A DNA stretch of 56,576 nt, filler included, from Sluysia triapertura (lineage: Eukaryota): assembly GCA_046118255.1 (NCBI GenBank). It is 4 parts of 4 records of this genome, joined end to end, with 100 filler letters (N's around TTAATTAATTAA, not from the genome) between each part and the next. Parts side by side here need not be neighbours in the genome. Positions count along the whole stretch, not along the records: positions 1 to 15,063 come from JBJNIA010240105.1; 3 more parts are not named here. One strand, given 5' to 3'. Below are positions 1 through 13,400 of this stretch, piece by piece. The stretch's first letter is position 1. Every line of letters starts with the position of its first letter. The position numbers and the translations under genes were made by a program. Under the pieces are notes generated by a model. The model saw only the letters and a list, made by a program, of their open reading frames with translations. It searched no databases and was not told the origin of the DNA.

Positions 1-80
1 ACCTTAAGCGCTTTTGAGTACTTTCGCGGTAGATATGAGCGCAATATAAATTAATATATTATTATTATTATATTATTAAA
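1..80 (+). mobile_element. L2-type LINE/SINE 3' tail
   Basis: TTAAGCGCTTTTGAGTAC...GAGCGCAATATAAAT followed by a (TAT)n tract, the typical L2 3' end. The same motif recurs at ~21328-21360, at the end of an L2 ORF2 fragment. Confidence 0.6.
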
Positions 81-1470
81 AATATAATTTATAATTTTTT
101 TCAATTTTTCATATATTATAAAAACTTAAAATATAAAAGTGCAAATAATTAATACTTAATTAAAAGATTATTTTCACATTAAAAATGAAGCTGTCATCCT
201 GATTAAATCATCTCGATATATTTTGTTTTTGGTTAAACTCAGCAATAAATATATCTTTGATTTCACAACATACATTAGGCCCACCTTATTATTTTCATGT
301 TAATGATTCATAAAAATCATTAAATAAAAAGGTGGGTTTTTTCCTCTACATCATATGCAAAAGTAGAAATAATTTTCTTGAACATGATTTCTAAAAACAA
401 GCACTACTCGAAAATAATAGATAATATTAAGATCATTAATTGTACACGAGATAATTTTAAAGTTTTTAAAACGTAAAAAAGAAAATAATTAAAAAAACTA
501 CTTCCTTACTTTAAATTAAATAAAAATGTATCATAAAATTGAGGTAAATTGAAATATTCAAAAGATTAAAATCTTCGAAAAGTATTTTAATTTGCACCCA
601 AAAGCATTTATTGAAACCTTAAAGAATAAGATAAACATTAGAAATTAAAATGTTAATATGAAAAAAATAGCAATGGCATCCTCAAACATAATTAGCGTTC
701 GAAAACATTTACGAATTAAACTTAAATGCTGATAGAATTTGAAAAATTATCTATAAAACAGATTGTAATTTAAATAAAACTCCATAGTCAAAATGTAATT
801 AACCTCTGTAAAAGAAATTGGCCTTAAATGATTTATTATAGAATAAAATTGACCATATAATGAAATTAAATATGAAATCAGATAGAGAAAAGTATCAACA
901 TACAATGAATATTAATTATTTATGGTCATACTATAGTACGTATGGGGGATAATGATGATTTTAGTATTTTGTTGTTGTATGTTAAAGAGTGTTGTATGGT
1001 ATATGATGGGTTTGAGGGCGTTAAATAAAGAAAAGAGATAAAAGCTGGTTTTGAACTTTGAAAACTTATATTCGTTTTTGTTATTAAAATGTGACCACAT
1101 CTTGTAAATTAAGATATGACATTTATGAATTACTTTGTGACACTTTAAAGACATAATTATCTTAAAAGCATGTATGTTTTTGACACCAATGGTACTCTTA
1201 TATAAACGTTTATAACGTTTAGAATATTCTAACATAGGAATATTAGTAATGCTGTAGTTAATTCTGGTACGTATGATTACATATTGTTTTGAGACTCATA
1301 ATTTTAGTACTACAACCAGTGTCGGTCTTATTAACCCTAATTACAATCATGATTAGTATGTGGATGTTTTTGATTATAATAAAATATAAAATCGGAGATT
1401 TATTATAATTATCTTTTGATTCGACCTGATTAAAAACTAACACGTAAGGATACCAAGATATATAATTTAT

Positions 1471-2643
1471 TTAAATTTTTAATGAAAAATCATTGTAACA
1501 ATTTATAAAGTATTTTATAAAATTTTCTCCATGCTTCTCCTCATTCCATGTTTCGGTTCCGCTGGTAGTTGAGTTACTGAAACTATAAATAAGAACATAC
1601 AAATACAAGTTATAATAATTAGAACAAGTAAATTTTAATGTTAAAATATTACCTTCATTGTTGATGAGACAAAAACGTCGATCCAGAAATACGTCAAATG
1701 ACAGGAACGAATAACACATTCGTGAAACGATAAAATTTTCCAATACGTTATTGTGCCTATACTCATGAGGCAGCGTCGAAAAAACTTTATTACTACATAA
1801 TAAGGTTACACCAAGTGAACAACATCCACACTTAACGAACTGCTCCTTGATCATCCTGCTAGTAGCTTCACGAATCTGCACTCCAATCAGCCCATTAGTA
1901 TCTTCATGACATGGTTCTTCTATCAGTTTATGAATGACTTCATGAAATCGTACCTTGAACAGTTCATTAGTATCCCTCTGACGTGATGCTTTGATTAGTC
2001 CACTAATATATTTATAACATGATTCTTCATTCAGTTGACAAACATCTCTATGAAATTGTACTTTAAACATATCGGTAGTATCCACACAAACAACATTAAA
2101 TGCATGGTCTATACATCTGTAGAATCTATCTTTAATTACTTTATTAATATCCAAATAAATCATATTAAACCATTGATCTTTATTTCTCTCTAAATAGCTA
2201 ATAGAATTATCTTTACAAACCTCAAATCTAGCATGAATGAATAGTAATGAGTGCTGTTGTATTGATTTTCGTATTTTTGGATCAGTCGACTGATTAGAAC
2301 AAGTAGGAAATAAATCGTCAAAACTACTTGTAACATTGATTATATTGGTAACATCGTTAGCTTCAACATTGACTTTATGTTGACTTAATATTTTGTGATC
2401 GAATGAATAACCTGTTCCAAATTGTAAATCTGATGATGAACCTAATGCAATTAAAATCAAAGAATCATTTGCAACAGAAACGTAAGAAACATATATATCA
2501 TTTCCTTTAACATTAGAAATTATCGGTTGATTAATATACTGTCTAATAACACCAGTTTTAGATGTACTAGAATTGTTTACATTATAAGAATCCGAATTAC
2601 TATAAATCAAATAATTTGTATCTGATAGAGGTTGAGAGTCCAT
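1471..2643 (-). CDS. Intronless 390-aa orphan protein with internal 12/36-aa repeats
   Basis: 1173-nt uninterrupted ATG-to-TAA ORF in very AT-rich DNA, where such lengths are unlikely by chance. It has a 108-nt internal duplication and upstream CCAAT boxes. No family recognised. Confidence 0.75.
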   Translation of the reverse strand: MDSQPLSDTNYLIYSNSDSYNVNNSSTSKTGVIRQYINQPIISNVKGNDIYVSYVSVANDSLILIALGSSSDLQFGTGYSFDHKILSQHKVNVEANDVTNIINVTSSFDDLFPTCSNQSTDPKIRKSIQQHSLLFIHARFEVCKDNSISYLERNKDQWFNMIYLDINKVIKDRFYRCIDHAFNVVCVDTTDMFKVQFHRDVCQLNEESCYKYISGLIKASRQRDTNELFKVRFHEVIHKLIEEPCHEDTNGLIGVQIREATSRMIKEQFVKCGCCSLGVTLLCSNKVFSTLPHEYRHNNVLENFIVSRMCYSFLSFDVFLDRRFCLINNEGNILTLKFTCSNYYNLYLYVLIYSFSNSTTSGTETWNEEKHGENFIKYFINCYNDFSLKI

Positions 2644-2859
2644 TGAAAGCTAATGATAAACCAAATTTGACGTTGAGTTTCCGTAATATCGTATGGATAA
2701 TTATTGAAATCAAATTCTGTTTTTAATTCGTTTATTGAAACTACCGAATAAGTATACCGACTTTACAAAAGAAATTTTATTGATTATTTTGTTACAATAT
2801 AAATTATGCTTCATATTGTGAGTGAGTTTGTTGTATATAAAAATGATATTAATTAAAGT

Positions 2860-3074
2860 AGCCAATAAAATGATTTCTTTTTGTGATATTGAGCTTCTCC
2901 ATTTCCAACTCTAACTCAACTGCTGTCTACCCAATCAGAGTGTTTTGATTGTAAATAAAGCTGAGTTCACTCTGATTGGGTGATAGTGGATTAAGTTTTT
3001 TAATACTGGTCAGCCGTCATCAGCACTGACATATTAATGACGTTTTAAAATGATTTTATATGTGCTGATGGCGG
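2860..3074 (-). promoter_or_regulatory. Putative promoter of the 390-aa ORF, with CCAAT boxes in an inverted repeat
   Basis: AGCCAAT at ~2861; perfect 14-bp inverted repeat ACCCAATCAGAGTG (2929-2942) / CACTCTGATTGGGT (2968-2981); second 12/13 inverted repeat at 3014-3026 / 3062-3074. Confidence 0.45.
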
Positions 3075-4699
3075 TAGAGACTGATTTGTCGGAAATTAAA
3101 TGGCAATTTGTGGTGCAAATAATGAATTTAATAATAATCATTAATGATAACAATAATAATAATAACAATACTGATGATAATAATAATAATAAAATAACAC
3201 AATAATAAAAATGTAAAAACATAAATTTCTTTAATTCTGAATAACACACGATCTTGTCTTTACTTTTCTTAATATTCTGACATAAAAATGATAGAATAAA
3301 ATAAAGGATAAATAAAGTGGATAAAAGGCTGTGAAGTAGCAACGGTTATGAGTATATACAATGTCATTTGTGGTTGCTGCTTCGCAGTGTAAAATAACAA
3401 GATCTTTAAAGTTATTTAAAATTTATTTTTGTAAATGTGAAATGATTATGGTTAAGTGAAATTAAAGATAGTTTATTGAACTTATAAAAGGTTTATACTT
3501 TGAATGAGGTTGTTGTATTAATTGTGTTGATTAAAATGCTGTTGAAATACTTGGAGTTATTTTGACTTTAAATGATGATTGCGAAATAATTCTGTATATG
3601 CTATAATGTTGTTACAAATGATTGAGGGTGATGAGTAAGGTTATGTGAAGTAGTTTTAAACTGTTGTTGTTGATTATAGTTTTAGGTGAGATGATCTTTG
3701 TTTCTGAAATGGTTATTGGTATTATTTGAATGTTATTATGTTTATGATTTATTAGGTTTATGTTGTGATTATGGCTTGTTTGATGAAATATTTAGTGAGT
3801 AGATGTTATGAGTTGTTTGGAATGAATGTAGTGGTTTATTGAGTTGGGAATGTTTGAGATATAGATTGTTTTGTTGGTGAAGTGTTATGATTGTGTATTA
3901 TTGTTTTATGAGATAAATTGTGTAGTGTTTATGGTTAAAAGTACGCTGTGAGTAAGGTTATTTATTTTAATCTTGAGTTATAAAAGTTGACCACTACAAC
4001 GTTGATGCAGATAATGTAAAAAATATTTACTTTAATTTATTTTCTTTAATATAAAGTTAACTTTATATACGTTGTAATGTTTATCTATGATAAAAAATAT
4101 ATTTCAAATTTATGCTCACAAAGATACCAAATCGACGTGTAACATACTGTTAATGTATGGCATATTTTAATACAAAAATTATTGTGAAAAGAAGTTATTA
4201 AATTATTAAATAAATATTAATAAAATTATTAAATAATATTAAATTTTATTCTGATTGTTTATCACAAATACTATATCTTTGGGTAATGGGTGGGAAATTT
4301 TAAATTCGAAATTATTGTTGAAATTGATTGTTAAAATTAGTCGACACATAAGCGACTCAAAAGATAAGAAATTATGCAAAATAACTTCCAATTTCTAATT
4401 TCCTCAGCAATTATTCACTCATAAGTTGGTAATTATATTACTAATGTGATATTTCGCTTTTTGTAGGTAAAGTGCATTATGATATTGTTTTTGTATTACT
4501 GTTGTTAGTTGACTCAAGTTTTTGTATTTGTTTTGTTAACACGGATACTAACATTTTGGGTGTTGCATCACTCCTAGATTTGAGTATTGTATTTTCTTAA
4601 CTGGTCGTGCAAAGAAATTTATTTATATTAAAGAATAACACATCATTTGTATTTATTTTGTGATTATTAAAAATAAATCAAGATTTCAGATTAATTTAA

Positions 4700-5085
4700 T
4701 TTTGTTAGTGGAAACATCAGTAGAATAAAGAACGTCCAGTCGATCGGGATATTGTGGAGAATGCGATTACAAAAACCATCGGTGAGGAAACAAACAGTGA
4801 TGATAATGAGAGCAACTAAACATTCGTGGAGCGTTTAGACGATGAAAGAATGGTAGAGGATGCGGAGTGTACTTTCTTAATATAAACAAAGCCGAGATGG
4901 TGAATTCCTTGTGAAAAAGAACATGAAAATAACTTTTCTTCATTAAAAAATTATAACTTTAATGATATGTCTTGATTTTCGATTGTTATAAATTCTTTTT
5001 CCACATTTTTGTATTACATTTTTGAAGACCTCAATTTTTCGGACAAAACCTCAAAATGGTGCAAAATGTTTCGAGGTCCCACTAT
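4700..5085 (+). mobile_element. Decayed pogo/Tigger-like transposon 3' end
   Basis: Stop-interrupted frame with an acidic stretch followed by EDAECTF...W*IPC, resembling the C-terminal Cys finger of pogo-like transposases; terminus-like GGTCCCACTA followed by TA. Confidence 0.35.
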
Positions 5086-7500
5086 ATTATTAATGCAGAA
5101 CAATTATTAAATATTGTACCTACTTTTAAGAGTACTCCTAATAAATTAAACTACTATCACATAAAGTTTGTCATTGTCATTGTTATATCATCTAATTTTA
5201 TCATCGTTTAACAGAACAATTTCGATCTGACAACGCATCACTATAAGTTTGATCAAAAGTATACTTTGCATTACATAAAAACTGTTTTAACAGAAAATCG
5301 TGCAAAATCTTAAAATAAATCATCTAGCTCATCTGACAAAAACTCACTTTTAAAATTATCTTTAAGATCATCAATAAAACCATCTTGGAAACCATTTAGA
5401 CTATCGAAATTATCAAAATCGTGCAAACCGTCGAAAAGTAATTCAATTAAATTATTCGATATTTCAACGATTCAAACTGCTTCACAAAATTAATAGTGTA
5501 AATTCGAAATTATCTACTAATTCTAAATCTATTAGACATGATTTATTTAGTCATTATACCTGATTTCAGAATATATTTTGCAGAAAATCGTCAATAGATT
5601 TATTCTTTTCAAGGGTCACAAAGACTTAAAGACAAATTTGTCTTGTCGAAGATGGTACACATCTCATAGGCGCAAGTACGTGTTTTATCTTTTTATTTCG
5701 AATAACACTGCTCAAATTGTCCAAAGTTATTTTTAAGGAAATTTATAACAATTATTAACTATTGAAAATGTAAAGATAAGGTACATCTTTACACATTTTA
5801 AATCTTACAAATTTCAAAATTATATTAATAAACTAAATAATATAATTATTAATAATAATTCTTAATTCTCAAGTTTTAAAATAATTTTTAAAAGTGCTAG
5901 AAGAATTCTAAAGAGTAATGTTAGGTCGTCGCTCATTGACTTGTTAAATCATTGACTTTTGCAATTTTATAAATATTTAATGATCGATAAATATTATTAC
6001 ATTTTGATTGTTTTATATTTTATTGCATAAACATCATTACTTGAATTTGTATTATTTATATTATTTAAAAATATTATTATTGTATTAATAAATATTATTT
6101 ATATTATAAAATAAATGTGATATTAAAGAAATTGTAATAAAAATTTTAACTAAGGTAATTAATAAAGAATTAATAAACAAGAAAAATTGTTTTAGCCAAT
6201 AAAAGTTAGAAAATTTGTTTTACTAAATCAATTGATAAAAAAATTCAAAATGGACGAGACAATGGTGGAAATATACTTTAAATAAATGTACTTTAAATTT
6301 TTGGAAATTTGACACAAGAGAGAAGATTTTTCACAATTACAGACAATTGATTTTCGCCAGTTTATCAATAATCCATGAAGAAGTAATATTTATTTTCATA
6401 AGTTATAACTACCCTAATTTTAACATAATAAAGTTTTTAAAAATCTACTCAAAATCAATTCATTTATCCTAGACCATAACTGGCTAGGTTAACCTTCTAG
6501 CTAAACTTTGATATTCTAATACACCTGAGCATTAAGCTTAAGGCGTTAAAATAATTATTATTATATATTTTATTTTTATTTGTACACGTTTTACTAGTAA
6601 ATTATTTTTGGTCTCTGAATAATAAATATTGAGGTAGTTACGGACATTATTATTAATTTAGTTAATTAAAATATTTGTTGATTTGTCAGACCTAAAAATG
6701 CTGACCCAATATATAAAATCTCACATCATATTGTCAGACCGTTAAAAGGCTGTGTGGTGGCCAACTTCGACAGACAAAATTTTAATTCATCATAGTACAC
6801 TAAAAATCATACTTTACCAACGCTTAAATCATTAAATGCATCAAAAATCATTAAATTTTAAATTTAAAGATAATGATAAACTAAATTGAATTTCTTTGAA
6901 CACCTTTAATTTTGTTAATATTCTCCTACTACACTCCTTCATAATTTTTCTGTACCTTTTTAACAATAATCAGAAGGAAAACTAAAGAGAGAATATCAGA
7001 GAATAAAGAGGATTTTATGAAAGAAAGAACTGTTTTTGTATAATTATTTTTTATTACTATTTATTTTATTTTATCTTATTATTATTATTATTATTATTAA
7101 TTTTTATAATAATAATAATTATTATTACTATTATCATTATTATTATCGTTAACATTTTCATCATTATAATTATTTTATTATTATTAATTAAAACAACTGT
7201 CAATTGTTTTCAATTAAATCATACTTTATTATCTGTCATCTTTTGAAAGCATTGTTTGTCCAAACCATTTTAATTTGACAAAGCAACAAATAGCTGCGTT
7301 TATTGGCTAACAAACCAAACACAATATAACTAGATTTATTACAATCAATACGTTCATAATTAAATTTGTAATCTCAAATTGATCGTAATTTAACAATCAC
7401 AAGTAGTGCAACCAAAAAATTAGTTCACAATTTATTTTACGCTCAATTCAATTTATAATTTTACAGTAACTTACTCACAATTCAATTTAATCTATTGATA

Positions 7501-8037
7501 TGCAATCATGATCTAATGTTTTCAAAAATTGAACTATAAATGTTTCTAGCAATAAACACTATGTCATCGCATTCAGACAAACTCTTAGCATGACTTTATT
7601 CATTCAAGGAGGAAGATTTAGACTTGCTTTACGAAATCTTAGATGTTTATTTATTAAACGTAGTTTTTCTTCAAATTGATTTCGCTACTAATGCTAATTT
7701 AAAATTATCGGATTCAGAACAACACGAAATTAGTTTTCAACAAAATTCTTATAGATATAAAAATATAAAGTCTAATTATGTACCACTCGACCAACTAAAA
7801 TATTGTCTCGAGAATAAATCTAAATTTATATCTAGGCAAATTTATCTTTAACACGGTGTAGTGGTAAAAAGTTTATTTCGGTAATGAATATGACAATTTG
7901 TATTTTAAATTCTTTGATTGAGAGAATTTATTTAATTTTTAAGAAAATTGTAGGAAATATTTGAAAATTATTGCTAAATTTATATTTCTTTACGAATTTT
8001 ACTAAAACATTTAATTTATCTCTTAAAATTTATTGAT
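7501..8037 (+). pseudogene. Decayed intronless ORF, possible paralog of the 390-aa ORF
   Basis: Long frame with in-frame stops (includes ORF 7624-7851) downstream of ATTGG at ~7302. The C-terminal NEYDNLY...FFTNFTKTFNLSLKIY* resembles SNYYNLY...YFINCYNDFSLKI* of the 390-aa ORF. Confidence 0.4.
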
Positions 8038-11000
8038 AAACTAAAATAATATCTAAAACTATTTATTTTTACTAAATCTGCCACAAAATTCTACAAAGAT
8101 ATAAAAAATAACAATTACAAAGATATAAAAATTCAAGTAAAAATATATACTTATTACCATTTCAATGTTGTAGGTATTGGAAAGTAGAATCTGCAAACAA
8201 GTTTCGACTCCCACAAAGCAAGCTAGATAAACGGGAACATAATGGAATTCTAAAACTGTGTGGCAGAAAATGCCGTTTTTGCCGTGTTTATAGCATTTGC
8301 CAGTTGGAGTAGACGTAGGGGCACAGAGCAATTTGTAGATTTTCGTTACCATTATAGAATGACTTAAAATGGCCGATTTTAGAATTATCAGTTGACAATG
8401 TTGTCTCTTATGATTTCGCTTTATTAGTCATGGCTATTGAATTGATATCTACTATATTTTTGATAAGTAAAAAATAATTTAATAAAATTTCATGTAATTT
8501 GATCATTAACCGATACAATTAATGTACTAATATTTTTATTTTTATTTCCCATAATATATTTCAATGAATAAACATAATTTTCATTTGATTGTTTGGATTG
8601 AGGTGCATAAAATCGTTCAGTTAAAATGTTTGTACTAATGTTTTGTACTTGCACTATTTTAGCATAAATTTTATTATTTCTACAATTCAAAAATTTATGA
8701 TTTTTGGTGATACTTCTAGCACTTCATGAAATATACTAACTAAAATTAATTTTTCATTTGTGGTTGACTCTGGTTTACTAAAATTCATATTTGAGACAAT
8801 CGTAATAATCTTTAAAACATCGCAATAGTTAACATCCATCTTTAAATCTCTTATCTTTTACATACATACATGTCGAATTTTGTCATTATCTTTTTCATTA
8901 AAATTGAACACTAACTTTCCATCAACATATTTGAATAAAATGTAAAAAGAAAAACTAAATGTTCTATTCATGATAATATAGTAATGAAATAGTTATCTAA
9001 TATAGAACATCAACATATTGTATTAATTTTAAGTTTTAATTTTGACAATATTTACCTTTTCAATTCTAACAAAAGATATTTATTTCTTTATTTGTGTAAC
9101 CGTAATTCGTAAAATTAATACGACTAATAATTAAATGTCATTAATGAAAAAAATGTGATTTATGTTTACACTCAATATTTTTTTGACACCGTTACAAAAT
9201 TAATTAGAATTATATTTGACAATGATTGGGCGTCCAATCAATTGAAACGAAACACAAATCAGAAGTACAGTTGATTTCACAAATCAGCTGAAATAAATGA
9301 CCCACAATCGACAGTTTAATAGGATAAAGAGATCCAATTTAATTCACATGTGACTAGACTAATTAATTTACTCTAGTAACACATAATAATGATGATTAAA
9401 ATTGTGTACTTAATAATGTTTATTAGTAAAATAATGTTGATAATGAATAATATTAATAATGATAAAGTCATAATAAAGATAATAATAAGGATAATAATAG
9501 TAGAATGTGGTTGAAATAATAATAATATAAATAATAATATAATAATCATAATAATAACAATAATAATAATAATAAATTTGTATAAAATAAAATATTAATA
9601 ATAATAATATTAAAAAGTTAAAATACATAAATGTCTTAATTTTATTTAATTATTCTAACACCATCTTTCTTCTTATAAATCAAACTCAAATATTTCTTGA
9701 CATAAAATTTTCTTGAAATTAAATTGATCAAATTCTTTTCTTTAAATGACTTTGTTTTTATAAAATAAAATTCTTTTAACTTATTTCCTTTAAATAAGTT
9801 TTGTTCGGTGATTAGAGACTGAATGTTAAAAGATTGTAAGCTTTAAATGTTTTGGATTTATTTTAAGATGTGTATTCGATGGTTTAAGGTATAATTGTGA
9901 TTTAAATATTATTAGATAATGCGTAAAATGTTTTAGCTGAGTTTTAAAATGTAGATTGACAGTTTTGAATATAATTATGATTTGATAGTTAACAGATTAT
10001 GAATTTAAAATGTTTTGAGATATCAAAAATGATTTTAATGCATCTGAGAGAAGTAAAATATAAAAAAGTTTTAATAGTATAATAGGTAAAGTGTTATATA
10101 ATGTGGTGACATTGAATTTGCAATGTTTTGAATTAATTTTAAAGTATAAGTTTGATGACTTTCGATGTCGAATATGACTTTGATGTAATGAATTTTTATG
10201 ATTAGAATGTTTAAAAGTATTAAGAATTGTGAAATGTTCTGAAGAGTGATTTTCTAAGTTTCAAATTTTTATAATTGTTTAATTGATTCGGTACGTTTCC
10301 ATTCTCAATTGCACAAATAACATGTCGTTCATCCTCACTTCGACAAAATCAGAAAACATTGAAAAATCTTTATACTTACATAAACTTGGACTTATGATAA
10401 ATACATTTGGATGACTTCTGAGACTAGAAAAATTTATTGCCTTACTTTTATTGTTTAAAGGATAATTATATAAAAGCGTCTTTTCAATTTTGTAAAATTT
10501 AATTTTAATTTCCATTATTATAAAAATAGTATATATTTTCAGTGTAAAATGCTTTAATATAATTGAAACGAATAACAAGTTCGATCATTTAACAAAACAA
10601 TATATAATCGTACTAAAATATATTATTGTTCATAAGGAATCCTGACATCATTGATAATGCTTTCATAATACAACGTAGCATAATTCAACTTCTTATCACT
10701 CATATACACGATTGGTTCTAATACATCATGTATAATTTTGCACATAATAAATGACGTCACTTTGAATCATTGCAGACAACTTCTAAGGATTTAATCCGTT
10801 AAATGCATTTATTTGGCATAGATATAATTTAGAATGTACAATCTTAGAATGTATAAGAAATGTATAATCTTATGAAAGTGGCCTATTTCTGTGTCCAGGG
10901 TTAATATTCAGCTTAGTCTTTCTATTACAACTGAATTAAATAGAGTAACTAAATAATATGATTAGTTTTTTATAGTTAAGTTTTATACAAAAATATTTTT

Positions 11001-11149
11001 TAAATAAAATTTAAGTATCGATATTTAAATAAATTTATCAATATTAATTAGGCAATTTATTTGTAAATAAATGGTAATTAAAGAGTACATTTTTAAACTT
11101 ATTCGTATTATAAACATTGAAAATAGATTTGTTTTAGAAAAAAATTGTG

Positions 11150-11800
11150 GGAACTGTAAAAAGAGATGGTGTGGTTACGTTGACATTTAAATGCAAGTAG
11201 CCTTTTCCCAAGTGCAGATTATCAGTAGATGGAGGCGTGATGAAGCAATAGAACCCACTGTGAAGGATTTATAAACAAGCCATATGCTTAGTGTACTGAT
11301 TGTACAATTTGTAAAATGATTTATTTTTAAATTTTAATTGCATAAAAAATCAAATATTCTTTCTTCAATGAATAAGTTTTACTGAATATATGTCAACATT
11401 TTGTAAGAAAATGAAAACTTTTATCAAATTAGAGTATAGTAACTATTATAACTAATACTACCTTTGCTTCTACAGATGACTAGGTTTTATTTTGTACTAA
11501 GATTGGTTTTATAAATATTCATTTTACATCTATTTTGTTAATGTGATATGGTTGTCTCACATCTTTGAACTCAGAAACTCTCCAAACACTTCATAAACTA
11601 AGATTATTATGCTTGATCATCAAACAAGGAAATGCTAAGACGAAAATAACCAAATGTTGCCATTAAATAATCAATTTTAAATATAATTTAATTTTTATCA
11701 GGACAATGAATTTAATTTTGTGTTTAAACATTGTATAAAAACAGTTACCTGTATAATGCTTATGAACACGAACCAGAATTTATGAGCATACCAAAATATA
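11150..11800 (+). mobile_element. Heavily decayed hAT (Buster/SPIN-like) transposase remnant
   Basis: Fragments CRLSVDGGVM (cf. TDGA.AM), VIWLS/HIFELRN (cf. VRWLSRGKVL.R.FELR) and SYLYNAY (cf. TYLCE). Confidence 0.4.
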
Positions 11801-12904
11801 CTTTATTTAATGTTTACGTTATAAAGAAATATTGACAATCTTCAGTAATTTTTAATATTGAATCGTTGATGCTATTCTCCCAAATAAGTTCACTTTTATA
11901 AAATTAAGATTCAATTATTGAAATTTTTTATTTTCTTCTGTGATTATACATTGATGGATTAACTTTTATTAATATTATATAATAAAATTATTTTGCATGG
12001 TTTTTTTATATTATATAGTTAATGTGTTATATAGTTAATACATTATATAATTAATATATTAATATATATAATTAATAATATAATATAATTAATATTTTAT
12101 ATAGTTTATATATTTACATAGTTTATCTATTTCATATAGTTAATTTCATTCTACATAATAGGACCAATTTAATGTATATATTTTTTAATTTTCTGCCTGG
12201 TATTTGTTTGATTGTATTAGAGTTTTAGTAGTAAATTTATATTTATCTACTTTCTAATTAATTGTTAGTTTGTGTAGGTTTGAATTTATTAAAATGTACC
12301 TTTTCAATTCCATTTTAGTAAAATTATAGGTTTTTCGTTCTTATGACGCTACTTTTTGAGTTACTAATTAGGTGTGGCATGTTCATATATAAATTTCTTT
12401 TTCATTTCTTTTCATTTATGACATTTTTAAAGTATCTATTTAGAGTGTTTGAGTTATTTTTAGTTATTTGAAGGTTACTGAGTTGCTTTTAGATTTATTT
12501 AATTTTATAATTAAAATTAATTTAATATTCTCGTAAATATTATTCAACATTTTGTAATTAATTTAACGATACTATTGAATTATATAATTTAAAATATAAT
12601 ATAAAATAGTAGTTTTCATCATATATTATGTGCGCTATCTAAGTGTGAATAAACTATTTGGAACCTAAAACTTCAATGTACAGTGTCATTATCGTAAGAA
12701 TACATTTGGTGTTTTTAATCTTTCCTTACTTTACTTACTTTAAATTTTTTACGTCAAACTTCGTAACTTTAATTATCGTGAGTACTTTTAACTCTTCTCT
12801 TATTTGACAGAGAATTAACTTAAACTAACTTAAAACTAACTTAAAACTTAAAAGTGAATAATACAATATTACAATTAAAAATTTTATTTTAATTTAAATA
12901 TTAT

Positions 12905-13400
12905 CCCTGTATGACGCGATATTAACGTACCACGTTATAGAACATCGTGTTATATGTAACTATCGCGCTATAAGAATTGTAACTGAATACAAAGCGAACA
13001 TAAACATACAAACATAGAACAATAAAAATAGTTTAATCGTTTAAGTGGGCTTCAAATAAAATATCAAATAAAATATCCAAATAAAATATCATTATTTATA
13101 TTATATTTTTTGCAATAAAATATGACCAACTGATATTCAATTTCTATGATATGATAGCTTTGCTATATTTATCTCCCTCTATTTCATAAGTGCTGCTGTG
13201 GTTTCCTGTGAATCTTATTGCGTTCATCTACAATTCTGACTAATAACATAAATAGGCATTTCTGTAACTATGCGATAAAACATATTAAATAACTTTGTAG
13301 TGACGGTGTCTTAATAATCGCCTCGTTCATGTAGAACACTTATAATTAAACTTAATTGGCTCGAATATAAAACGACTTTATGCCTAAACAATAGAAGATC
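12905..13400 (-). mobile_element. pogo/Tigger-like remnant
   Basis: 12905-13030 is homologous to the TA-CAGT terminus at 36789-36915; minus-strand VFYMNEA resembles the pogo VFNMDET motif. Confidence 0.45.

Noticed and set aside
7501-8037. Alternative genetic code explaining the in-frame stops in orphan ORFs
   Set aside because: All three stop types and frameshifts occur, and the MARK and MAEA exons read normally in the standard code; ordinary decay is simpler.
3034-9628. Low-complexity ORFs 3034-3342 and 9410-9628 (also 23522-23887, 42829-43023, 44282-44521)
   Set aside because: Translations of TAA/TAT microsatellite tracts (poly-L/Y/I/N).
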